From positions 29,466-93,465 of the IMG/VR virus record IMGVR_UViG_3300046512_000174: DNA of 64,000 nt; one strand, 5' to 3'. Numbering within the stretch: the first letter of the stretch is position 1; the number at the start of each line of letters is the position of its first letter. The notes under the pieces were generated by a model. That model made no database searches, was not told the DNA's origin, and saw only the letters and a program-made list of their open reading frames with translations. The DNA is from a virus. Shown here piece by piece: positions 28,073 through 37,574 of this stretch. The position numbers were made by a program, and so were the translations under genes.

Positions 28073-29578
28073 ATGGACATGAACCAGATGATGGGCCTCG
28101 ACGTCGAGATCCCGCAAATCACCCTGCGGCCGATCGAAAGCATGGTCGCCTACCACAACAACTCGCGCACGCACTCGATCGGGCAGCTGGCCGAGATTGG
28201 CGCAAGCCTGCTGGAATTTGGTTGGACCAACCCGATTCTGGCCGATGCGCTGGGCACCGTCGCCGGCCACGGACGCACCATGGCCGCCGCCGAGCTGTAT
28301 CGCCAAGGCAAGCAGATCCTGTTCCCCAACGGTTCGCCGATCCCGATCGGCATGGTGCCCGTGGTCGACTGCACCGGCTGGAGCGATGCCCAGCGCCGCG
28401 CCTACATCATCGCCGACAACAAGCTGGCCCTGAACGCGGGGTGGGACATGGACCTGCTGAGTATCGAATTGACCGAGCTGGGCGAACTGGGTTTCGACCT
28501 ATCGCTGACCGGCTTCAACGAGGATGAACTCGCCGACCTGCTCACGATCGAGGAGCCTGAGCTGCCGGACGCTGATCCAGATGCCGCGCCAGCGCTAGAG
28601 GACAACGCCGTTTCCGTGCTCGGCGATGTCTGGGTGCTCGGCCCGCACCGGGTCTGTTGCGGTGACAGCACCAGCCTCGATGATTGGGATCGCCTGATGC
28701 AGGGCGAGCGCGCCGATATCTGCTGGACTGACCCGCCGTACAACGTGGACGTCGGCCGGAAAAACCGCCTGATGGACACCGTCGATGGCCAGTCGCGAGG
28801 GGCAACCGGATCGCTGAAGAACGACAAGATGAGCGACGCCGACTTCGGTGAGTTCATGCTCGACTTCTACAAGGCCACGATCGAGCAGCTGAAGGCCGGC
28901 GCGCCGATCTACGTGGCGCACGCCGATCGCACCGGGGACATTTTCCGGAACGCTTTCATCGCCGCCGGCTTCCACTTCAGTCAGACGATCATCTGGCGCA
29001 AGAACAACCATGTGCTCGGCGTGGCCGACTACCAGTCGATCCACGAACCAATCCTGTACGGCTGGCGCCCGGGCTCGAAACACAAGTGGCATGGCGGCCG
29101 GAAGAACAAGACCGTCATTGAAATCGGCGAAGGCGGCCCGATCAGCAAGACCGAGGACGGCCGGTGGGTGATCAAGGTCGGTGATCAGGTGCTGATCGTC
29201 GATGGTCAGGCGACCCTGCAGGAAAGCCAGTCGTCGATGATCTACGAGCCGAAGCCGGCCAAGTCAGGTCTGCACCCGACGCAGAAGCCCGTTGCACTGG
29301 TCGAGCGGATGCTGAAGAACAGCGCGCGCTCCGGTGATCTGGTGGTCGACGCGTTCGGCGGTTCCGGGACCACGCTGCTGGCAGCCGACCGCATGGGCAT
29401 GTCTGCCCGACTTATGGAACTCGACCCGCGTTTCGCCGACGTGATCGTGCGGCGCTGGCAGGATTACACCGGGCGCCGTGCGTGCCATGCGCTCACTGGC
29501 GAACTGTTCCCCGGTGAGGGCGAGGTTCGTCCGGATCCGGCGCCGCAACCACCGATGGGCGATGAGGATATTTTCTGA
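28073..29578 (+). CDS. ParB-like domain + DNA methyltransferase
   Basis: NSRTHS, FGWTNPIL, AGHGR, ADNKLA; TDPPYN, HPTQKP, DAFGGSGTT. Confidence 0.92.
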   Translation: MDMNQMMGLDVEIPQITLRPIESMVAYHNNSRTHSIGQLAEIGASLLEFGWTNPILADALGTVAGHGRTMAAAELYRQGKQILFPNGSPIPIGMVPVVDCTGWSDAQRRAYIIADNKLALNAGWDMDLLSIELTELGELGFDLSLTGFNEDELADLLTIEEPELPDADPDAAPALEDNAVSVLGDVWVLGPHRVCCGDSTSLDDWDRLMQGERADICWTDPPYNVDVGRKNRLMDTVDGQSRGATGSLKNDKMSDADFGEFMLDFYKATIEQLKAGAPIYVAHADRTGDIFRNAFIAAGFHFSQTIIWRKNNHVLGVADYQSIHEPILYGWRPGSKHKWHGGRKNKTVIEIGEGGPISKTEDGRWVIKVGDQVLIVDGQATLQESQSSMIYEPKPAKSGLHPTQKPVALVERMLKNSARSGDLVVDAFGGSGTTLLAADRMGMSARLMELDPRFADVIVRRWQDYTGRRACHALTGELFPGEGEVRPDPAPQPPMGDEDIF

Positions 29579-29784
29579 TGGATACCGTTCAGCTGGTAGA
29601 ACTCAATACCCTGTCGCCCGGTGACTGGGTTCGCTTCATCGGCGGCGATATCGGCATCATCCGCGACAAAGTCACGGTGCCCGGGTACCGGCAATCCTAC
29701 GTCGAGGTCCCCGGCGATCGTTACCCGGTGCGAATCACGCCGCTCGACGTCAAGGTCGAACACCTTCCCGACCACCATCCCTGA
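29578..29784 (+). CDS. Hypothetical protein
   Basis: Coupled ORF ending in the TGA of element copy 4. Confidence 0.55.
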   Translation: MDTVQLVELNTLSPGDWVRFIGGDIGIIRDKVTVPGYRQSYVEVPGDRYPVRITPLDVKVEHLPDHHP

Positions 29785-29859
29785 CTACCAATCAGGGAAT
29801 CAGCCAGATGACGCGCCGCTTTGAGCGCGTTTTCTGTTTTTAGGGCGCCAATAGTCCGC
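29779..29859 (+). repeat. Composite IR + DR element, copy 4 (second DR degenerate)
   Basis: CCCTGA-CTACCAA-TCAGGG; GGGCGC-CAATA-GTCCGC at 29843. Confidence 0.7.
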
Positions 29860-29875
29860 AACGTCAATTAGCCTA

Positions 29876-29905
29876 TTGCTCAAATCCGATTAATGCGCGC
29901 ATAAT
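29876..29905 (+). promoter_or_regulatory. sigma70 promoter with operator
   Basis: TTGCTC-N18-CATAAT; operator TTGCTCAAATCCGATTAA. Confidence 0.6.
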
Positions 29906-29936
29906 CCTGCCATCAACAACGCAGCGGGGCAGGAAC

Positions 29937-30734
29937 ATGAATCAGCGCATCGTCACGTACACGACAAGGCTGAACGAAAACACTGGTGTAGCAACCCATG
30001 TGGTCGAGCTGAGCGGAAAACTGGTAGCTGACACGGGCATCCCACGGATTTGCAAGTCGTCTTATGAGGCTGTGCTGGCCTCCAGCGACAATATCGTCAT
30101 GGCCCGGCACATCGCCGCCTGCCTGAATGCGTGCGAAGGCATCGACATTGAGGCGCTGGAAGCAATGCCGGGCAGTTTCGATACGCTGCTGTCCGCTGGC
30201 TTCAAGGAAGTCATCGCTCACCCGGCAATCAAGCTGATGATCGACAATGAGCAAGCCCGCGACTTTATCGCCGCGTGGAACGCCATGCCGGTTACTGGCC
30301 CGACCATCGTCGCAATGCAAGCGTCCGGCGACCTGCTACCGCCGGTTGAGATCGAGCAGATCGCGTGGCTGCAAAAGGCGCATACCCTGCACCGTCAGGT
30401 TTCGATGCTGTACATGGTCGATGGCTACGAGGTGACGGTTACGTGGGATGAAAATCCAATCTCCGAAGCCTTCCATGGCGAAACCCTGCGCGAGGCGATC
30501 AGCAACGCCATGGCCGGGCACGACCTTGATGCGCGGCATCCGTACACCGACAATCAGCTGCGTTACCCGGAAGATGCGCAGCGCACCAAGCTGCTCAACA
30601 CCCTGAAAGGTATCCGCGCGCACATTGAAAAAATCAGCCCAGATCACTGGTGGATCGACACGCCGGACCGTGGCGGTTTCGACACCGATGCGCTGGATGC
30701 CGTTATCTCTGAATTTGAAGGCGGTGATGTATGA
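29937..30734 (+). CDS. Hypothetical mosaic phage protein
   Basis: ARHIAACLNACEGI motif. Confidence 0.75.
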   Translation: MNQRIVTYTTRLNENTGVATHVVELSGKLVADTGIPRICKSSYEAVLASSDNIVMARHIAACLNACEGIDIEALEAMPGSFDTLLSAGFKEVIAHPAIKLMIDNEQARDFIAAWNAMPVTGPTIVAMQASGDLLPPVEIEQIAWLQKAHTLHRQVSMLYMVDGYEVTVTWDENPISEAFHGETLREAISNAMAGHDLDARHPYTDNQLRYPEDAQRTKLLNTLKGIRAHIEKISPDHWWIDTPDRGGFDTDALDAVISEFEGGDV

Positions 30735-31324
30735 CCGATCAAACACTCAAGGCCGCCCCGCTGAGCATTTCTCTGGGTTACGGCGCTGTCATCACTCAAG
30801 GCAATCGAGAAGTCGCGAAGGTCGGCAACCTGATGGAAGCCGAGCGCCTTGCGGCCTGCTGGAACGTATGCGACGGGATCAGCACCTCGGTGTTGGAGCT
30901 GAACGCAACGGCAGGTGGCGTGGCGAATCTCGAGCGCCAGCGTGACGCGTTGCTGGCAGCACTCAAAAAGCTGAATAGTCGGTTCTGCTCAAACATTGAT
31001 GCCGGGGCCGTCGCCACTGATATCGACTTCGAGTTAGTGGCTGAAATTGGAGTTGTGCTCGCAAGCATCAAGGATCTCAAGCCAGCCGAACCGCCAAGCT
31101 ACCACGACGTCGTTGTCTTCGCCGGTGACCAGCGCCTGCGCCTTTTCGATTGCTCCTATGGGTTGCAGCTGCAATGTACACGCTCAGCCGGATGGGAGCT
31201 GTGGAACGTGTGGGACGGCAAAGAGGAGTTTCTGGCCGGCGAATACAGCAGCAAGCCGCTCCGCATCGAAGTGCGGGGCGTGGTGATCTGCGAAACGAAA
31301 CCGTCTGAGGGTGATGATAAATGA
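30731..31324 (+). CDS. Hypothetical mosaic phage protein
   Basis: AERLAACWNVCDGI motif. Confidence 0.7.
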   Translation: MTDQTLKAAPLSISLGYGAVITQGNREVAKVGNLMEAERLAACWNVCDGISTSVLELNATAGGVANLERQRDALLAALKKLNSRFCSNIDAGAVATDIDFELVAEIGVVLASIKDLKPAEPPSYHDVVVFAGDQRLRLFDCSYGLQLQCTRSAGWELWNVWDGKEEFLAGEYSSKPLRIEVRGVVICETKPSEGDDK

Positions 31325-31554
31325 AACCAATCCCAATCTCAGCCGCCGAGCGCATCGCCAAGGATTACGGTTACGACCAAGTGATCATCATCGCGCGCAA
31401 GGTCGGTGATGCCCCGGATCCACATGGCGAGCACTGCACGACCTACGGTGTAACTAAGGCCCACTGCGAGGTTGCCGCACGTGCAGGCGACTTCCTGAAA
31501 TACAAGGTGATGGGCTGGGTGAAGGACGAGGCGGCTGAGGTGCCTGAAGCATGA
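31321..31554 (+). CDS. Conserved small phage protein
   Basis: IPISAAERIAKDYGYDQVIIIAR. Confidence 0.7.
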   Translation: MKPIPISAAERIAKDYGYDQVIIIARKVGDAPDPHGEHCTTYGVTKAHCEVAARAGDFLKYKVMGWVKDEAAEVPEA

Positions 31555-31989
31555 GCCTGCCAATGAACTACTTCGTCAACGAAAGAACTCGCCTGTGCCG
31601 CACCCTCAGCGGGCGCGGCCCGGACCACACGGCCAACCTGCTCGAAGCCGAAAAGGATGGATTTAAGGAGGTCACTCCGTTTGAGTTCGACGACTTCCGC
31701 GCTGAAACCCAGAAGGCCAAAGACGCCGGCTGGAATCCGAACCGCATGCGCTACGCCACGTTCATGGCCAAGCAGGCCGCCAAATGATCCGCTGCTGCCG
31801 CGACCGCTGCGAGCCCGGCACTGAATGCGGCTGCCCTGCCTGCTCGGCGAAGAAATACCCGCAGTACGCGAAAATAGAACCAGAACAAATGGCCGGCATC
31901 TGCGGCGGTTGCCAAGGGATGCTGGTTTACCGTAACGGCGCGCTGGTCCATTCCAGCCCGCGATCTACTTGCCCGGGAGTTATTAGGCG

Positions 31990-32577
31990 ATGAGCGAGAA
32001 CAAAGAACCGAATGCGATTTACTGGCCAGCAGGCGGAAAGCTGCTCGCCCGCATCACCAAAAACGGGAAAATGGTTGCAATTTTCAAGGTTCCGCCAACC
32101 GATGAAATTGGCAATGCCATGGCCGCAGCCCTTGATGACGCTAAAGACGTCACCCAGATCCTGCTCAGCGTCACCCCCGGTCCCGATGGTGAAGGCCAAG
32201 AGAACTACGCCAAATCGATTGACGATGTCGTGGAACGTCTCGGCGAGCAGAGCGATCAGATCGAAGCGCTCGAAGCCCGCAATGCCGAGCAACGCATTGC
32301 GGAGCTGGAGAAGGACGCCGCACGCTACCAGTGGCTGCGCGATAAGAGCCAGAATCATCATCAGTTCTACCTGAGCACCCCGCTCTATTTCACGGGCGTG
32401 AAGTTCAGCAAAGAGAACGTAGATAGCACAATCGACGCCGCCCTCAATCCCAACCCCGAGGCAGAAATCCCCCTGTGCGGCACCTGTCACGGCCAAGGCA
32501 TCATCGCCACCGGCATCGCCGAGGCTTCATCAACGATCTGCTACAAGTGCGAAGGCACTGGGAGAAAGGGTCAGTGA
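31990..32577 (+). CDS. Ead/Ea22-like mosaic protein
   Basis: EKDAARYQWLR; C-terminal CxxCxGxG. Confidence 0.65.
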   Translation: MSENKEPNAIYWPAGGKLLARITKNGKMVAIFKVPPTDEIGNAMAAALDDAKDVTQILLSVTPGPDGEGQENYAKSIDDVVERLGEQSDQIEALEARNAEQRIAELEKDAARYQWLRDKSQNHHQFYLSTPLYFTGVKFSKENVDSTIDAALNPNPEAEIPLCGTCHGQGIIATGIAEASSTICYKCEGTGRKGQ

Positions 32578-32812
32578 AAACCGAAGCGGGCAACACCCTG
32601 CAGCAACACATTCTCGATTCAGCAAAAAAGCTCAACGATACCGCTACGATGTATGCGGTCACGTATGCCCAGACCGACAGCCCGGAAAGCAAAGCATCTT
32701 TCGACCGCTATTCGTTTGCCGCTGAGGAGATCCGGAAACTGCATGCCCCGGCGTGCCAGATGCTCCATGCGATCGAGGCGATGATCCCAAATCCAAAGGA
32801 AGCGAAAAAACC

Positions 32813-34057
32813 ATGACCAATAACCCAACGATTGACGGCCTGCTTCTGGAAACGCTGAAGAAATGGCGCCGCGACTTCGATGCATGCCAGCGCGTGATCT
32901 GGCTGGCCGGCGGCTTTGACCCTGCCTATTGCACAGATGCTCAGGCCTGCATTGCCGAGATGGACGCTTTCCTCGATGAGCGTGCGGCCCACCCATCCAG
33001 CGGCCCCGCCGGCCCGCGCGAGCGCTTCGAAAAATGGGTCATGGCCAAGAAGCATCCGGTGCTGGGTTTCCTCGACGGGCACTGGCTCAAGCGCGGCGAT
33101 GACCGCGAAGGCTACGCCAACGAGTACGTGCAGGGCCTGTGGGTTGCGTTCAAGGAGTTCGACTTGCCGCCGCTGATCAAAACCCTGCGCGAAAATGGCG
33201 ACCTGATCGCAGCTGAGGCGACCATCGCTCAGTTGCAGCAGCGTGTTGCGCAGCTGGAGAGTGGGCAGTCTGAGAAAATCCATCCAGAGCTTGGTTCAGC
33301 ACCGTCAGCTCACATGACTTGGCTTTTGGAGAAGGTCGTAAATCCCCGCGACTACCCTGAAAAAGTTCTGCACGAACAAATCCGATCGACGCTTGAGGTG
33401 TTAAACAAAAAACCTTCTGCAACGCCGGAACCGCTCGGCTGGGTTTCCCAGTATGAACTGAACAGGATCCGCAACAAGCAGGCGCACTGGGCAACACTCT
33501 GGGCAACAGATGGCAGTGAGAATCCATCGCGCATGGACCCGACGTTTGCGCTGTACGCCTATCCTCAAGAGCCTGCGGCAGTTGCATGGCGAGACATGGC
33601 AACCGCGCCGAAAGATGGAACGCTGCTGATCCTGCTGGTCGAGTTCGATGAGCATTCCACCGAGGACGAAAAACAGGCGCCGACCATCGGGGCGAACAAC
33701 TTCACCAATGACGGGCAGGACGAATGGGTGTTTGCCGGCTGGTGCTGGAGCCATGACCACTGGACGCAGGGCGTCGGTAAGCCGATCGGGTGGCGCCCAT
33801 TGACCGCTGAGGTTCCGGAACCAAAACAGCTTCTCGCGCGCGCCTTCACCACGTTGGAATCTGGTGATGGGCGGTACAAGATCGTGGCCTGCTTCCAGAA
33901 CCGTGATGATGCCTACGAGGCCTATCGGCTGATCTGCGGCGGCAAACAACACATCCCACCAGTCAGTTCCGGCCATTGCCGCAATGGCGACGCCTGCGTG
34001 TGCGGCGGGGATACCGCTGGTGTGCGCGCCACTTGTGGGAACTGGGTGAAGCCGTGA
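32813..34057 (+). CDS. Mosaic phage protein with DUF551-like segment
   Basis: MTNNPTIDG start; WRDMATAPKDGT...PIGWRPL. Confidence 0.7.
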   Translation: MTNNPTIDGLLLETLKKWRRDFDACQRVIWLAGGFDPAYCTDAQACIAEMDAFLDERAAHPSSGPAGPRERFEKWVMAKKHPVLGFLDGHWLKRGDDREGYANEYVQGLWVAFKEFDLPPLIKTLRENGDLIAAEATIAQLQQRVAQLESGQSEKIHPELGSAPSAHMTWLLEKVVNPRDYPEKVLHEQIRSTLEVLNKKPSATPEPLGWVSQYELNRIRNKQAHWATLWATDGSENPSRMDPTFALYAYPQEPAAVAWRDMATAPKDGTLLILLVEFDEHSTEDEKQAPTIGANNFTNDGQDEWVFAGWCWSHDHWTQGVGKPIGWRPLTAEVPEPKQLLARAFTTLESGDGRYKIVACFQNRDDAYEAYRLICGGKQHIPPVSSGHCRNGDACVCGGDTAGVRATCGNWVKP

Positions 34058-34609
34058 CTGATAAGCCGAAGGCCTTGATCTTGGTTATTGGCGGATCACC
34101 AGCAGCGCATCGCATCTTTTGTGAGGAATACTGGCGCCTCATGTTCGAATTCGATGTCGAGGTTTTGGACGCTGGAAAGCGTACGGAACTCGGTACGGAA
34201 CTCGGAAACCTGATCACCGCTCAGCAATTCCCGAAAGAATTCAAACAGCCTGACCGCAGCAAAATCCAAAACCGATGGGGGCGATACAAGTGAACCAACA
34301 ACAACGTGAAGCATTCGAAAGCCACATCCGCAAGACCAAATCGGCCGAGTTGATCGCCAAGACCGAGGGCGGGATCTCGCAGGCTGCTGCTGAGCGAATC
34401 ATCCAAGCGACGTGGCTTTCGCAGATTTTCGGCACTGATGAGTACAGCGCCGAAGGCACCCGGGAATTGCAGGCGCTTTGGCTGGCGGCGCAGGCGAGCA
34501 TCGTTGTCGAGCTTCCGCCTGCTTTTCCATGCCCATCCTACGAAGGCGATGTGATGAGCGCTTACAGCGTCCGCGACGAAATGGCCCGACTCGGCTTGAG
34601 GATCGCTGA

Positions 34610-34951
34610 ATGAGCATCCACGACAACGACATCGAGCTGCTGCAGCTCGCCGCGCAGGCCGCCGGTTACAAGCTGATGCCATGGGATAACGCGATCGGGT
34701 TCGTGATCCGTGACAGTGCCGGTCACCCGCAGAAGTGGAATGCCCTGCTCGACGATGGCGACTGCTTCCGCATGGTGATCGCCTGCGATATCGACATCGA
34801 GTTCGACCCAACTGAGCAGCGCACCATCGCCACGCACAGTGACGGTGAGCGCTGCCAGCAATACTGGGATGGTCTCGTTACCGGAAAAGCCACCGCGACC
34901 CGCCGCGCAGCTGTGCGTGCGGCCGCTGAAATTCAGAAGGCAAAGCGATGA
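34610..34951 (+). CDS. Conserved phage protein
   Basis: ELLQLAAQAAG...WNALLDDGD...TRRAAVRAAAEI. Confidence 0.75.
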   Translation: MSIHDNDIELLQLAAQAAGYKLMPWDNAIGFVIRDSAGHPQKWNALLDDGDCFRMVIACDIDIEFDPTEQRTIATHSDGERCQQYWDGLVTGKATATRRAAVRAAAEIQKAKR

Positions 34952-35598
34952 AAGAACGTGGGATTTTGTTCAACGACGACATGGTTCGAGCGATCAACTC
35001 AGGCCGCAAGACTGTCACGCGGCGGCCAATCAAGGTACAGCCGCCAGCCAGTCACCGTTGGCGCGGGTGGGTAGCCGATAGCACTGACTCGAAGAAAGTA
35101 GGCATGACCAGTTGGGGAATCGGTGACGGAGTCATCACCGATGCGGTTTATGCGCGATGCCCATACGGACAGCCCGGCGATCGCCTGTACGTGCGTGAGG
35201 CGCACTGCATCAACGATTATCGCGGTGCGGCGGTTCCGGAAGCAGAGCGCGCCGAGTGCCAGATCGTTTATCGCGCAGACGGCCTGCCAGACTGGGAAGG
35301 CGAGGAAAGTCTGATCCGCTGGACGCCGAGCATTCATCAGCCGCGCTGGACCAGCCGAACTCTGCTGGAAATCACCGCAATTCGCGTTGAGCGAGTGCAG
35401 GACATTACCAATGAGCAGGCGCTTGCGGAAGGCGTGAAAAGCGTCGAGCGAGTCATCGACCCAGAAGGTAACGACTACTCGCCATGCGAGCTGTTTGGTG
35501 GCTTGTGGGTAATGGTCAACGGGATTGAGTCGTGGAATGCAAACCCGTGGGTGTGGGCTATTGAGTTCAAGGTCATCACCGAAAACCCTGATAGTTAA
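34948..35598 (+). CDS. ASCH/PUA-like phage protein
   Basis: MKERGILF..MVRAI.SGRKTVTRR, CPYGQPGDRLYVRE, WTPSIH, NPWVWAIEF. Confidence 0.85.
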   Translation: MKERGILFNDDMVRAINSGRKTVTRRPIKVQPPASHRWRGWVADSTDSKKVGMTSWGIGDGVITDAVYARCPYGQPGDRLYVREAHCINDYRGAAVPEAERAECQIVYRADGLPDWEGEESLIRWTPSIHQPRWTSRTLLEITAIRVERVQDITNEQALAEGVKSVERVIDPEGNDYSPCELFGGLWVMVNGIESWNANPWVWAIEFKVITENPDS

Positions 35599-35677
35599 TC
35601 AGGGTGACAACAGAATCAGGCCCAGTATCCACTGGGCTTTTTTGTGCCCGATTGGAAATAGGGCGCACATAGGGCGA
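35586..35677 (+). repeat. Composite IR + DR element, copy 5 (contains a terminator at 35619-35643)
   Basis: CCCTGA-TAGTTAA-TCAGGG; GGGCGC-ACATA-GGGCGA at 35661. Confidence 0.8.
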
Positions 35678-35750
35678 AGTACCGTTTCTGCTTCCCCGCT
35701 GCGCGTTAATCATTTATGATCATTCAATCAACGCGAACAGGATAAAGCTC

Positions 35751-36047
35751 ATGAGACAGTGGGACACGAAAAAGCAGTTCAAGCCGCGCTATGGCTATGT
35801 GGCCAAGGTTGTTTTTCTTGGCGTCTGGATTGCACTTTCAGAACAATACTGGTGGGGTGCATTTTGTGCCCTATGGGACGCAGTGGTGAGGTTGTCCAAG
35901 ATGATCGGCAACGTGCTGCTTGGAGTGATCCTGCTGATCACCAGCCCGGTCATGTTCCCGATCTTCCTGCTGACCGAGGTTGGCCGGGCCAAGCGCCAGC
36001 GACTGGCCTACCTTCGCCGCAACCGCGCAGCTGATGAGGATATCTGA
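35751..36047 (+). CDS. Small membrane protein
   Basis: Two hydrophobic segments. Confidence 0.6.
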   Translation: MRQWDTKKQFKPRYGYVAKVVFLGVWIALSEQYWWGAFCALWDAVVRLSKMIGNVLLGVILLITSPVMFPIFLLTEVGRAKRQRLAYLRRNRAADEDI

Positions 36048-36406
36048 TGCTCGACATGACCGAAGATGATTACCTTGAAATTATGCACCGCGCCGAGGAG
36101 GAGATGAAGGCGAGCCACCTTGAGCAAACCCGGCGCAAAGATGAGGCGCTGGCCTACGTGGCGACGATCGTTGGCGCGCGAAAGCTGCAACACATCAAGG
36201 ATTACATCGTTGAATGCGAATACACGTTCGAGTTCGAGGTCGTCGACTCGCACGCTGGTAATCGCCAAGACGAACCCGGCTACGCGTTCCGCTATATCTA
36301 CCTTGACCAGTACAGCAACGGCGGCATGTCGGGCGACGATCACGCCGGCTACGTCTGGATCCCGCTGCCGAAGGGCAAGTTTCTGAAATTCCACTACGCG
36401 ATGTGA
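36047..36406 (+). CDS. Hypothetical protein
   Basis: 119 aa ORF. Confidence 0.7.
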   Translation: MLDMTEDDYLEIMHRAEEEMKASHLEQTRRKDEALAYVATIVGARKLQHIKDYIVECEYTFEFEVVDSHAGNRQDEPGYAFRYIYLDQYSNGGMSGDDHAGYVWIPLPKGKFLKFHYAM

Positions 36407-36590
36407 GGTGCGTATGCGTTCGAAGCGAGAGAAACCAGAACCAGAAAAGCCGATCGAGTGGAAGCGCGCCGACCCGGCGGAACTGGCCAAGTTCGACCCT
36501 GCGTCGAAGACCTGCAGCATGAACTGCGGGAAGCACGCGCTCGATCCGCGCAGCTACACGGAATTGAAATTCATGTGCGACGACTGCTGA

Positions 36591-36683
36591 CCCAGATGCT
36601 GAATCAGGGCGTCATCCGCACGCAGCCAGCGCCGGCCGGCAACTGTCAATGATCGCTCAATAGTTCGGGCGCCAGCCGGGCGC
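36591..36683 (+). repeat. Composite IR + DR element, copy 6
   Basis: CCCAGA-TGCTGAA-TCAGGG; GGGCGC-CAGCC-GGGCGC at 36667. Confidence 0.8.
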
Positions 36684-36699
36684 TCAGGAGGATGAATCA

Positions 36700-36918
36700 A
36701 TGGCGATATCGCCAGACCAGAAAGAAGCGATCATGTCTGCGCGCGGTGTCAGTGCCGCGCCGGTCGCCAAGTGCAAGACCCGTCGTTACACGCTGATCTT
36801 TGCCGATGGAAAGCAGGCGACGATGCTCGACATGAACAGCGAGCCGCTTGATCAGATCACCCGGAGCGTCACCAACATGTTCCAGCCGGGCTATCTGCTA
36901 TCGATCGCTTTGCAGTAA
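36700..36918 (+). CDS. Hypothetical protein
   Basis: AGGAGG RBS immediately after the DR. Confidence 0.6.
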   Translation: MAISPDQKEAIMSARGVSAAPVAKCKTRRYTLIFADGKQATMLDMNSEPLDQITRSVTNMFQPGYLLSIALQ

Positions 36919-36979
36919 AAGTCGTGACCATAAGCTGAAGTTCCTTGATTACCCAACCCACGCAAAAGGTAACCCCGAG

Positions 36980-37276
36980 ATGAAAAGTTTCCGAAGTTTT
37001 GGTTTTGCACTGGCCATGGCCTGTCTGGGTCTCGCCAGCTACGTCGCTGAACCGCTGCTGCGCATCTGCGAGCCGATGTTCCGCTATGTCTCCCACGGCA
37101 TCGACGCGATGGCGTGCGGCGTGGCCAAGCTGACCCGCGAGCTGGTGCATTCGTTCACCGGCGCCGAGCAGCGAGCAACGGGCTTCGGTAGTGGTCTGGA
37201 TCGCGAAGGTAACGGCTTCCGTCAATCCTCGGCAGCCGATATCGGCGCGCAACCGCGCGTGTCGCTCGCGATCTGA
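36980..37276 (+). CDS. Small late-expressed protein with hydrophobic N-terminus
   Basis: Late motif TCGTGA-CCA-TAAGCT at 36922; terminator at 37296-37325. Confidence 0.55.
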   Translation: MKSFRSFGFALAMACLGLASYVAEPLLRICEPMFRYVSHGIDAMACGVAKLTRELVHSFTGAEQRATGFGSGLDREGNGFRQSSAADIGAQPRVSLAI

Positions 37277-37574
37277 ATCACCACAAAAGTGTTTGAAAAA
37301 GCCCGCATCTGTGCGGGCTTTTTTGTTTATTATTAGTGGGCTAGCGCCGCTTAAAGTCCCGTGCAAACGGATGGAACAATTGGCCTACACATTGACGCTG
37401 GTGTCCAGCAACTGGCAGTCGGGGTTGTCCAGCCCCAGCACTCTGCAAGGCAACCTGCCCTTGGGGCCTGCGACTGTCGGGTGGCCGTTTAAGATGCCGC
37501 CACCAACCACGAAGAAGTCAGCCCGGCAACGCGCCCGGGCTTTTTCGTGGTCGTCGTGATGCGACGATTGCACC

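Noticed and set aside
34181-34205. 12-bp tandem duplication GTACGGAACTCG
   Set aside because: Only two copies, in frame; ordinary slippage
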